In this document: positions 26,378 through 38,475 of the stretch, one piece after another
Numbering within the stretch: position 1 is the first letter of the stretch
Layout: each line of letters opens with the position of its first letter
NCBI GenBank assembly: GCA_013265495.1
Contig: MU058000.1
Coordinates: forward strand, 3,051,905 to 3,115,904
From: Vicugna vicugna
Lineage: Eukaryota
Direction: 5' to 3'
Length of the DNA: 64,000 nucleotides
Notes under the pieces: generated by a model
Told to the model about the DNA's origin: nothing
The model's input: the letters and a program-made list of their open reading frames with translations, nothing else
Databases searched by the model: none
Position numbers and translations under genes: made by a program

Positions 26378-27499
26378 TATACTACTTCTGGAGTAAATAT
26401 CCTGTGGCCTTGTTTGGGTGTCTGAGATTTCTCCCCCTGCCAAATTTAACTGTCATTAATCAATAGGACAGCTTCAGTGTGGGATTAGGAATGAAAAGGA
26501 TCAGTAATCATAACACTTTATATTCTGTTGATAAACAGTAACTAATAGGCACAGAAAACCAATGATCGCTGACATCTATGAAAATTAAAGGCTGGCTAGA
26601 ATGGATGAAAGATGCTTTTTCTAAAACTCCATAGGATTTCCCTCTTATTTTGTCAAACTTTTCATTTAATTGTTTATTTTAAAATGCCAATGCTGATGCT
26701 TCTAGTAAGATCTGTTTGTTTAATAAGTAACACAGCTGTTGGTCATATGGTAAGCATTTTACAAGGCAGAATGGGGGAAAAACCTGCTAAGATTAAATTC
26801 AGCCTGATCGAGACACCTTCCCATCAAGGTCAGGAGAAAACTTTTTTTTTGTTTTTTGATGGATAAAGGTCTGATAACATTTATCTATGTCTATTTTAGA
26901 GAAGGTCAATTTCTGAGAATACTCACAATTCCTACACTTATCAAGAGATGTGAATGAGACGTTGTAGTCAAAGGAAGAAAAATGTATTTAGAACAAGAAC
27001 ACAATCTGCATTATTTTGACATCTGTCAGAAAATCCTTGCATCTTTTGTTTTAATACATACACAATATGGCATGAGGTTAGTGGTGATGTTTGGAATCTA
27101 ACAGCCTATAAGACAGAGGAGCTAACCAATCAGAACAGCCATCAGCCACATAAAGCAACAGCACCTTCCTGGTGTGTACTGGCTAAATGTCATTCTCACT
27201 GGAAGAAAGGGAGTGAAAAAGTATTATTGGCCAGTTAGCGGCCAGACTTCAAACAACCCCATAAAAACAACCATATTGTATTAAAATCATTTATTTTGTT
27301 ACTGCACTCTAAGCTTTTTATTTATTTTTTGTTTTTGGGGGGATTATGCCTTTTAATCCTCATAGTATATCTAGAAAGAAACATTATCCTGACCCATTTA
27401 ATAATGTTTTGAAATGCAAAAGTAACCAAATCAGTGACTACCCATGGTTCGGTCCTCACTCTAAGACAGAATTGGATTAGCTGCTTCATGTGTGTGACT

Positions 27500-27660
27500 T
27501 CTAATTCCTCAAAACCCAGAAGATAATTGTGATTATCCCCATTTCATAAGTCATAAAGCCAAGGCTCCTAAAAGCCCACTGACTTGACCTGGGTTGCAGT
27601 GTCATACAGGGTTTTGAACCACCACATGTCTGCTCTCGGATTCTGCGATTTAATATTCCC
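27500..27660 (-). mobile_element. MIR SINE
   Basis: 'taattcctcaaaacccag...ttatccccatttcataagtcataaagccaaggctc...gacttgacc'. Confidence 0.65.
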
Positions 27661-28294
27661 AGAATAAGGCAAATGTGTTTCACGTTGGTTGGATTGAATT
27701 AAATCTCGTCATCTCAAACTGACCTTCAAAATATCTGCATTAGACCTATTTCTTAGATCAAGGGAAATAATTCCAAGGTTGCCATCTAACACACATTGAG
27801 GATGGAAACATTAAGAGACAAAAATATCTTTGTTTCCAAATTGATTTACATATCAAAGCTTTCTGGAGAAGGTTGGGATAAACAGTTCAGTTTCTGGAAA
27901 CTTATTTAAATCAACTTTCACATTCTTTGGAAAAGTTAACCACAACATTTTAAGGAGAATGTGTAAGCATCGCAGGTTGGCACAAGACCCATTCACTTTA
28001 GTGTGGCCAAACATGGCACCCACTTCTTCCTCATGACCTCATCAGAGTCATGGTGGCTCACACTGCACGACTTTCTCATTTTAAGTCCATAATTTATCCT
28101 AGCATTTTTTTTTCTTGTCTGGAAACTTTAAAAGTTTAAACCTAGTGAATTTATTCTGCAGACAGTGTGCCAAATACAGATGTTTTGTATATGATCCTTT
28201 TGAAGTCACATTTCTTAGAATAGGCCATTTACCTTAAATAATGTATTAAGAGAAAAAAATGAATAAGCACTTTTCAAAATAGAGTAAACAAGGA

Positions 28295-28500
28295 GGTGGC
28301 ATTGTGTGATAGTGAAAAAATAGTTCTTTTAACCCAGAATTCTAGAGAGTGGTCCCAGCTCTGCCATATTTTAGATGTGATTTAATATCCCTGTGATTTC
28401 ATTTCCACGACCATATAGTACATAAAAAACAAATTATCTCTGTACTTTGAAGTGCATGAGTTTTACATAAAAAAATACTACGAAGTGACACGTGAAGTTT
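28295..28500 (+). mobile_element. MIR fragment
   Basis: 'gtcccagctctgcca...tttaatatccctgtgatttcatttcc'. Confidence 0.5.
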
Positions 28501-29099
28501 CTACTAAGTGATGTAATTAACTTCAAAAGAATTAATGTGATGATATTAAAAGGGAGACAACTTTTTATAATGTAACTTAAACTACTTAAAATAAAAAAAT
28601 TAAATGACAGTGAAAATGAATTTAGAGTATCATTTAAAATCTGGTGTCACACAGTAGTATAAAATAAGAAATTTTGGAAAAAAAAAAACCTATTCAACTC
28701 TTTCCTATTGAAACTACAAGTATCTCCAAAGAATAGACTGCTATGAAAACGTCATTTGCATAAGTCCAGATAACATGCCAAAAATTTGCATTCCATGTGC
28801 ATTATAAATTAGCTTGAAAGCCAAATTATGTCAAAGCTTGAAATATCTATTGAATGAGAGTTCAAACATTACAAATTTTCTCATTTCTGTAGATTTGTAT
28901 AGCATCCTCATAAAAGTGAAGATAAAAAATGATGTGTTACCTTATAAAACACATATTCAAATAAGAACATTTTAGGAATATATATCTATTTTATAGTATT
29001 AAATTAATACTATATGAAATAAGTAGTAACAATATATAACAAATATGTCTACACTCAGAATTAAATAGAAATACATAAAGTCTTAAAAATAATGGTAAT

Positions 29100-32000
29100 T
29101 ACAGTAATTTTTAATGAATACACAAGATAAAAAGATGTAAGTTGAGACATCAAAAACAAGATGTGGAGGAGGAGAGAGTAAAACTGTAGAGCATTAGTAT
29201 GTATTCAAAGTTGAGTTTTTATTAGCTTAAAATAGACTGTTATAAAATGTCTTGTGCAAGCCTCATGTTAAACACAAAGCAAAAAACTACAGTAGCTACA
29301 CGAAGTTCAAAAATAAAGGAATGTAAGCATACCACTGCAGAATTTCCAAATCACAAAGAAACAGAACAAAAGAAAAGAAATGAACAAAGGAATTCCAAAG
29401 CAGCTGGAAAATAATTAAATAAAAGGCAATACTAAGTCCATATCTATCGATAATTACTCCAAGTGTGAACTGACTAAATTCTGCAATCAAAAGACATATG
29501 GTGACTGAATGGATTAAATAAACAAGACTGAAGGGAGAAATCGACAGGAATGCAGTAACAGTAGGGGACTTAAATATTCTACTTTCAACAATGGATAGAT
29601 AATTGTGACATAAAGTTAACAATGAAACATTGGACTTAAGCTTTGCGTTAGACCAGATGGACTCAACCAACATTTAGAGAACATTTCATCAAATAGCAGA
29701 AGAAAATGCAATCTTCTTAGGTGCAAATGGAACATTCTCTAGGATAAGTCATATATTAGTCCACAAAAGGAGTATTGATAAACTTAAGAAGATTAAAATC
29801 ATATCAAGCATCTCTTTCAACTACAATGTATAAAACTAGAAGTCAATTATTTACTAGAAGAAAGCTGGAAAATTCACAGATATATAAAAATTAAACAACA
29901 TGCTACTGAACAACCAATGGGTCAAAGAAGATATCAAACAATGCCTTGAGACAAATGGAAATGGAAATACAACACACCAAAACTTACGGGATCCAGCAAA
30001 AGCAGTTCTAAGAGGAAAGTTCAGAGTAATAAACACCTACATCAAAAAATAAGAAAAATCTCAAACAAGCAATCTAACTTAACACCTACAGGAACTAGAA
30101 AAAAGCAGAACAAATTAAGCCCAAAGATAGTAGAAGGAAGGAAATAACAAAGACTAGAGTGAAAATAAATTAAATAAAGACTAAAAAGACAATAAAAACA
30201 GATTAATGAAACTAAAAGCTGGTTATTTGAAAAAATAAACAAAATAGACAAACGTTTAGCTAGACTTACCAAAAAAAAAAGATGAAAAAGAAAAACAGAG
30301 GGGTGTTAAATAAATAAAAGTATAGTGAAAGAAGAAACATCACAACTAATTCCACAATAATAAAACAAAATCCAACAATATATTAAGAGGATTATACACC
30401 ATGATCAATTAGGTTTTATTCTAAAGATGCCAAGATGGTTCAAAATTTGCAAATCAATCAGTGTGATACACTATATTAACAAAATAAAGGATAAAAATCA
30501 TATGACCATCTCAATAAATGTAGAAAAAGCATTTGACAAAATTCAAAAGTTTTGCATGATAACAATTCTCAACAAATAGTATAGTGAGAACATATTTCAA
30601 AATAATAAAGGCCATATATGACAAGCCCACAGCAACATCACACTCAATGGTTAAAAGCTAAAACCATTTCCTCTAAGATCAGGAACAAGATAAGGATGCT
30701 CACTCTCACCACGTTTATTCAACATAGCACTGGCTGTTCTAGTCACAGCAATCAGACGAGAAAAATAAATAAAAGAAATTCAAAACGTAAAGGTATAAGT
30801 AAAACTGTCACTGAAGATGATACAATACTTTATATAAAAAATCCTAAGGACACCACCAAAATATTATTAGAACTAGTAAACTAATTCAGTAAAGTTCCTG
30901 GATACAAAATTAATACACAAAAATATGTTGCATTTCTACAAACTAACAACAAAGTATCAGAAAGAGAAATGAAGAAAAAATTCCATTTACAATTGCAATA
31001 AGAAAATGAAATACCTAAGAATTAATTTAATCAAAAAGGTTTGTACACTGAAAACTATAAGATATTGATGAATAAACTGAAGAAGACAAAACTAAGTGGA
31101 AAGATATTCAATACTCTAAAAGAATCATATTGTTAAAATGCCCATAGTACCCAAAGTAATCAAAAGATTCAATGCAATCCCTACCAAAATGGCACTTTTC
31201 AGAGAACTAGGAAGACAATCCTAGTATTTGTATGAAACCACAAAAATACCACTAATAGCCAAAGCAAACTTGAGAAAGAACAAATCTGTAGGTATTTCAC
31301 ATCCTGATTTCAAACTATATTACAAAGCTATATACAGTAATCAAAATAGTATGGTATTGGCATAAAAACAGACATATAAAAATGGAAGGTAATGGAGATC
31401 CCAAAGATAAATCTATGCATGCACATAGTCAACTAATTTTCATTAAAGGCACCAAGAATACATAATAACGAAAGGACAGTCTCTTCAATAAATGATGCTG
31501 GGAAAACTGATATCCACACACAAAATGATGAAATTGGACTCCCTTTTCACACCATACACAAAAGTTAACTCAAAATGAATTAAAGAATTAAATTTATTAC
31601 CTGATACTTCAAAACTCCTAGAAGAAAACATACTGGTAATCTCCTTGACACAAGTCTTGGCAAGGAGTTTTTGGATTTGACACCAAATGCAAAAGCAACA
31701 AAAGGAAAAATGAACAAGTCAGACTACATGAAACCAAAAAGCTCCTTCACAGCAAAGGAATCCACTCACAAATTAAAAGGCAAACTATAAAGTGAAAAAA
31801 AAAATCTGCAAATCATGTATTCAATAAGACGTTAATACCTAAATATTTAAAGAACTCACACACACACACACATAAAACAGGTTTAAAAAGTAGGCAGAAG
31901 AATTGAACAGACATTTTTCTGAAGAAGACCTACAAATGGCCAATAGGTATATGAAATGGTGTTCAACATCACTAATCATCAGGGAAACGTTAAGCAAAAT

Positions 32001-32748
32001 TAAATCACATGAGGTATCACAGGTAGAATGGCTATTATGAAAAAGACAGCAGATAACAAGTGCTAGCAAGGATGTGGGAAAAAAGGAAGTGCTGCGCACT
32101 CTTGACGAGAATGTAACTGGTGCAGCCACTATGGAAAATAGTGTGAAGTTTCCACACAAAAAAATTAAATAGAACTACCTTATGATCCAGGAATCCCAAT
32201 TCTGTGTATATACCCAAAGGAAACGAAAACATTGCTGAAGGGATAGCTGCCCTCCCCTGTTTGCTGCCGAATTATTCACATTTGCCTGGATATGAAAACA
32301 ACCTAAGAGTTCCTCAACAAATAAATGGGTAAAGAAGATGTGATGTATACATATGTGTGTGTGTGTGTCTATACACACACACACACACACACACACATAC
32401 ATATATACACACACACATAAACATTTATTTATTTAGGAATATTTTTCAGACACAAGTGAGAAGGATATTTGCCGTTTGCAACAACATGGATGCACCCTAA
32501 AGGGTGTTACACTAAGTGAAATAAGCCAAACCGAAAAAAGGAAAAACACTACATGGTATCACTTCTATGCGTAATCTTAGGGGGGGAAAAAAAGTGGTTA
32601 CCAGGGCCTGGGAATGTGAGAAATCAGGAGAGGTTGATAAAAGGGTACAAACTTTTAGTTAAATTAAAAATAAGGTCTGAGGATCTGAAGCATAACATGG
32701 TGACTATAGTTGATAACACTGTATTATATAATTGAAATTTGAAAAAAA
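29100..32748 (+). mobile_element. Older LINE-1 (L1MA-type): inter-ORF region, decayed ORF2 with internal deletions, partial 3' UTR
   Basis: EN start 'atatctatcgataattact...aatcaaaagaca' and RT segments 'catatgaccatctcaataaatgtagaaaaagcatttgacaaaattcaa'. The 3' UTR 'gaggatctgaagcataacatggtgactatagttgataacactgtatt' is L1MA9-like. Confidence 0.95.
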
Positions 32749-33329
32749 ATATATATATACACACACACACAGGAAAACAATACAAAAGAGTTACATGTTG
32801 CTGAAATGTGTTAAATATTTATCATTATAGCCTAGATTTAAAGCATCAAGAAGGTCATTTAAAGCATCCCCGCAAAAGCTGCAGCTTCATAACACATCTG
32901 CGAGGTTGGAAGCGTCAGGAACTGAACGGTTTAGGCTTCTGTGATGCCAAAGAAGATATTTGGAGTTTGCATACTAGTCTGACTCCCTATCCTTGTTTTA
33001 GAGGGTAAGGAACTGGCCCTCTCCTCTTTGAATTCCTCTAGAGCTCTATTCACTTTCCAATCTAAACCATTAGGGGCTGCCTTTTTTCTCCGACACATCC
33101 TTTCAACACATGCTCTGGACTTCCTGGTTTGTTTTTCAGGACACTCCTGTAAATTCAGCACCTTCCCAGAACTATCTCTTCTGAAAGTTTGCCCTAACTG
33201 GAACCTAGTTTTCCCTTAAATAGAGGACTATTTTCTTTCATAAGTAAGGTTGAGATCCATTTTGATTTTAGGTCAATACTTTTCTTTCCTCTTGCTCAGT
33301 AAAATGTTTACTTGAAATTAATTCCACAA

Positions 33330-34752
33330 AGGTACACTATCCTCCCTGTCTTCTCTTAGTTGCCGTCATTTACTGTGTGTTAATCACTCCCCTTCCTTGT
33401 AGATTTCAGTTTTTGGCTCCCATCTTCTTTTCCACTGAATATCCTTTAATTGTTTTCAGGAACACCAACCCCCTCATGAATAAAGCACTCAAAACCTACC
33501 TATCAGAGTCTTGGCATCTTCTTCTCCAAAACCAATCAATTTTGGCTAAAAATTCCCATGATTATGCCCTAGATTTACTATATCAGAAAACCAAGCATAT
33601 TTGCATTCTTAATTTTAGGTACTCCACTTTGCAACCAGCATTTTCTATACTTTGGATTAGATTTCTTATTTACCTCCATTGCCAAAACCATTTGGCATAT
33701 CAACAGATCGAATCCATGATTCTCCATCCCACTATTCATTTCTCACTCCTGGCTTCACTTATATCCTTTTCAACATAGTTGACATTTTCCATCATTATAA
33801 TCACGTCTTCAGACATCACCTTCTCCATTGGCAAAATCTCAGTTCTGAATGAACCATTTATTTACTTTTTCCACACCAAAACTAGAGCCATCATATTTGG
33901 GGTGAAATAAACATTCACACAAACCAAATAGACTTCTTTTACATAAATTCTTGAGGATAAACTGCACATTTGTGCTAAGTAATGTCCACAAACTCTAGTG
34001 GGCTCATTTTGTCATGCCTTCAGGTAACAAACTCATATTGGCTCAAGCCCTCAGGACCTTGGCAGGTGACCTTACTTCATATATGTAAATCATATTCATT
34101 GGATGGGAACTCTTTTCTCTGTTTGCTATTCAAATTCAAGTCCAACTTGACTTTTTCCTTTCTAATACAATAAATGTCCTCCTTCTGTATAAATCATGTC
34201 TCTTCTTGTGTAATAGATGGCATGCCCTCCACATTCTAAGGAACTCTGCTACTTTGGTTATCCCCTCACTTTCAGAATTCTTGTTCCTGTATTTTCTACC
34301 AATAATTTCCATTGCTTTTCAAGACCTTTTCTAGAATGTCTCATCTTTAAAAGTCCTCAAATCTTTCTTAGGCATTTCTTCTTTTCACAGGACTCTTTTG
34401 TAGTCAAACTTTTAGAGAGCTGCCTAGATTCCATGACTAATTTCTCACCTCCTACTCTGTCTTTGGTGCAATACAATGAGGTTTTGACTCTCCATTAATT
34501 AGCAAAAACTGCTCCTGAATCCCATTGCTTCTTTGCTTAAAAATATTTATTATATTTTATTTATATGTATTAATTATATGCAGTTAAAAAATTATTTATA
34601 TATATATTAATTATATGCAGTTAAAAAATTTATTTACTTTTGGCTTATCTACATTCCATTAAGATGTGAAGCCTGAATATCTTTGTTTCCTGTTATATCC
34701 CAGCATCTAGGGCTGTGCCTGGACATAAATATTTTTTGAATAAATAAATGAA
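33330..34752 (+). mobile_element. Extended decayed L2 with 3' terminus
   Basis: Pyrimidine-rich body ending 'tatatcccagcatctagggctgtgcctggacata...ttgaataaataaatgaa'. The 3' end is clear; the body is less certain. Confidence 0.6.
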
Positions 34753-35172
34753 ATAGCCATATTGGAGAATAGCATTCAAATAGGCAATCTTTAATTTAAG
34801 ATGATGCTTAAGAAGCATATTTTTCAAAGAGGAAACTATATAAATCATTATGTTGTTAAAAATTATTTTTACTATTACAACTATGCCACCCAAATGTTAT
34901 TTTGTGGAGGTTGGGGGAATTCTAATCCATTTCATTTTATGAATCTAAGATCAGTACCAAAATAATCCTATACCATCTAAATTGTATTACTAATGTTTCT
35001 GAGACCAAGACATTTCTTGAGGCCTAAATCAGCTACCTAACAAGAAATACAAAGACTCATAATTTGTACTTCCTTGTTTTATACACACCCTCAGGCTCCA
35101 TACTGTCTCTTTCCGAACTTAACGCCTGAATTTTATGTTCATTTCAATTTGATTTTATTGGTTAATATGTAA

Positions 35173-35649
35173 CAACTCTGTCCAGAAGAAATGTAATACA
35201 AGCCACATAGGTAATTTAAAGTTTTCTAGTAGCCACATTAAAGAAGTTTGAAAAAGTTAAATTAATTTCAATAAAATATTTAAATTAACCTACTCTATCC
35301 AAAATATTATTAATTCAGTTTGTTAACCATACAAAATTATTGATATTTAATATTCTATATTTCATATCAACTTAACAAAAACCCCAGTGAATATTTTATT
35401 TTCACAGCACTTCTCAATTTGGATGCTACATTTACACCTGAAATATAGATCTGAATTTAGATTTCATAATATCTGCAGTTGAAAAAATAGTTTCACGTAT
35501 GCATTTCAGGCATGCTTAAAAGTTTTCCCTCATTGTTTTTAAAATTAAGTTAAAGTTAAATCAATTTCCAGTCCTTCAGTCATACTGAACCTATTTCAAA
35601 TGCTCAATTTTCATATGTGACTAGTGGCTGCCATTTTAGACAGCACAGG
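35173..35649. mobile_element. hAT-Charlie non-autonomous element (Charlie1/MER3/MER33 family)
   Basis: Termini 'ctgtccag' ... 'ttagacagcacag'. Internal 'taatttaaagttttctagtagccacattaaa' and 'catatgtgactagtggctgcca'. Confidence 0.85.
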
Positions 35650-35839
35650 TATAAAGAAATAATGTGGCATAATTTGATTACCTTTCCAAATGAATTATTT
35701 TAGGTCTAGTAATATATAAGAACTATTTTAAGGGTATATGTATGTGTACAAACAAACACAGGTACAATTTCTGTAAACATCTGACATGTAGCAACACTCA
35801 AAGGGCAGTTTATATTTCTATATTTTAAATAGTTTCTAT

Positions 35840-36030
35840 TGAGCCTGACAGTAATCCTATTTAATAGATATGGTGAGTGTCATCCCAGTTTTATAGAGTA
35901 GCTCTTATCCAAAATCTAGAGAATAAAGTTACCCCAAAATGTTCACTTACATTTTTTTTTCTTTTTGCAAAATCACTTAACTGGGTAACAGGGAAAGTTA
36001 GAGCTAGACTCCATCCTCACTCATTATTAT
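35840..36030 (-). mobile_element. MIR fragment
   Basis: 'ctgacagtaatcctat...catcccagttttatagag' antisense MIR core. Confidence 0.45.
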
Positions 36031-37859
36031 ATCCACAGGTATCTAATTCCTTATTCATAAGGGTTCATCAAGGGTTTGCTTTGTTCCACTATATGCTTTT
36101 TGTAGTAGTGGACATTAAAGAAAAACATTTTAAAATTTTATTGAGGAAGCTTACATATATGACTTGGACCATTTCAAAACGTACTTTTTATTAATTTCAT
36201 TTTCCCTTAGATTTATTAGGGGGAAAAATCATTGGAAAAGTTATACTTAAAAATACTGACTTGCTCATTAATGAAAAACATTTTAAACCAACTTCTTGTG
36301 GGGAAAAATCCAGTCTAGGAAAAGAATCCTTTTTTATATTCCTGAATTGGCAAAAATGATTTAATAATCTCTACAATTTCAGCAATAAATTGGGTTATAG
36401 GTCCCAGTCTATAAAATGGCATCAAATTGTGTATTACTATTTTTTTGGAATAGGAAATTGGAGAAGTGTGGTATACCACCGTGAAAAATTAATGGCAAAG
36501 ACTCAGGATGGAGCTGTTTTAAGAAACAATGTAAGAAATACACAGATGACAAATGCTTCAATAAATTTTATTCAATTTCTTCCAATATTTTGACGTCCCC
36601 CCCTAAATATTTGATTATAAATTTCAGCTGTTTATACACAAAATCTAAACATGTCAAAAAGAAGCACGTCTCCATGAAGGCACTAGATGACCTGGTAATA
36701 CAAGTTATTACGGGCTTTTGGAGGACTCCCATTTCTAATTTGTCAGGTATGCGAAGAAAGGGAAGATGTTCCACTCTGTGCCATCTCTGGAGAGAAAATG
36801 TCATGTACCTCTTCCAGGTTTGGAGTAGAGACCGGAATTTGTCAGGGTGGGAAGCAGGGTGAGCCGTTGACAAATGAGTTGCTCAAAGAAGCAGGTGAAA
36901 AAGAATTAAGGAAAGAAGAAAAGAAATTTTCAGTGATGCTGCTGTGGGTTATAACCTACATCCCTTTTAAAGTTCTTTGTGCATTGTGAGTGGAGAGAGG
37001 AATTTCTTTAAGCATTTTTTTGGTTGCTGGATTATACCACTCAGACTATTTCAGGCTAAGACAAAGCCATGTGGCGGCCACAATTTATATTTGCTCACAT
37101 TACATTCCGGAGGCTATGGTTCATGGTTTTGAAACTACAGTGTCCAGATCCAACTTAAAATCTTCGCTGTAAACCCACGCCAAATACATGTGCCCTCCAA
37201 CTGCCGGGCTGTTGAACTTCTCAGCTAACAGAGCAGGAATCAATCAGACAGGAACCACGAAAGTTTCTGAGAAAGCGACGTCAAAGTCACGGTGACAATG
37301 TGCAGATGACACTAAAATAAAAAGAGAGATTTTTGTAGCGAAAAATGAGACTTATGTGGTATTATGTGGGTTTACTCCACTGATGAAATCCTAAAGCCCT
37401 CCTGTGAAATTGTACATTGATAATAAAGATTTCGGCCACCTCCTAGACACATGCTTTCATAAGGAAGTACAGGCTGTTTCGATGGAAAGAAATGGTCAAT
37501 GGTCGACTTGTTGAGGTTGGTTGAAGTTTCTTGCAGACCTCATCAGCAAGAGCAGACACGCTTCACGACTGCGTCTCCTGGAACTTGCGATCCATTAGGG
37601 TTTTTGCAACCCTCAATAGGGTATAATCCCTCATAGGAACTAGAGAAATTCGGTGATTAAAAAGTCGTGTGACACCAATAATGAGTCAGCAAGTGAGCAC
37701 TGATTAATGAGTAGTTGGCATTAGCGTTCCTGACGGGGGAATTATCAACATTTACCTGAGGTGGGGAGGCAGCCCCAGGGAAAGGCATATATTATTGTTC
37801 TGACCGGCTTCACAGCAGCAGCTGCCTGCCTTCAAGTTCCATTAAATTAAGGATGTGCT

Positions 37860-38080
37860 TTTTAAAATTTCTAGCTTTACAATTTTCAAATAAAATCATA
37901 TGATTAAGTCTAATATATAAAATAGATCAAAGCAAACCTGCTCCCTGATTGAAGTGGGGACAGGAAATTTTGCCTGATCCACCCCTGCTCTGCCCCTTTG
38001 CCTTGCCCAGCATGGACCCAAGGACACCTCCAGAAACTGCTTCAGGAGCCAGCGAAGTGCATTTTGAAAATCACAGCTCT
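37860..38080. mobile_element. Probable hAT-type MER fragment
   Basis: Ends 'cattttgaaaatcacagctct', similar to hAT-Charlie termini. Confidence 0.4.
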
Positions 38081-38309
38081 AAACCATTCCCTTTTAATAT
38101 CCTGGATCCCAGCCAGCTGGTGCCAAATTATTAGGCAAAGCCCTAACTTCTCATTTAATAGACTTGCCTTCTGGGAAAGAGTCTATTTTTCATTTGATTA
38201 TTTTGCTGCTTTCACTAGCTAAATAAATGTCTTTGATAGTCACAAGGGCACACAATTACTAAGTGCAAACTATGAGTTTGCCAGTCTTCTAAACTCAGAT
38301 TACCAGGTC

Positions 38310-38475
38310 GTTTAATCTTCGCCACAACCCTATAGCGCAGGCTTTATTATTATTATTAATTTCCCAGTTTTCCAGATGAGGAAACTAAGGCTGAGAGACA
38401 TTAAGAGATTTATGCAAATATATACAACTAGTGAGGCCATAATTCAGCCAGAGTTTGAATCCAGGTCTTCAGGTC
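38310..38475 (-). mobile_element. MIR SINE
   Basis: 'tttaatcttcgccacaaccctat...cccagttttccagatgaggaaactaaggctgagaga'. Confidence 0.9.

Noticed and set aside
33377..33778. 133-aa ORF
   Set aside because: Lies in pyrimidine-rich L2-like debris, with a GTG start and no recognisable protein.
36819..36859. Plus-strand 41-nt exon candidate (cttccag| ... agg|gtgagc)
   Set aside because: Short pyrimidine tract and no partner exons; indistinguishable from a pseudo-exon.
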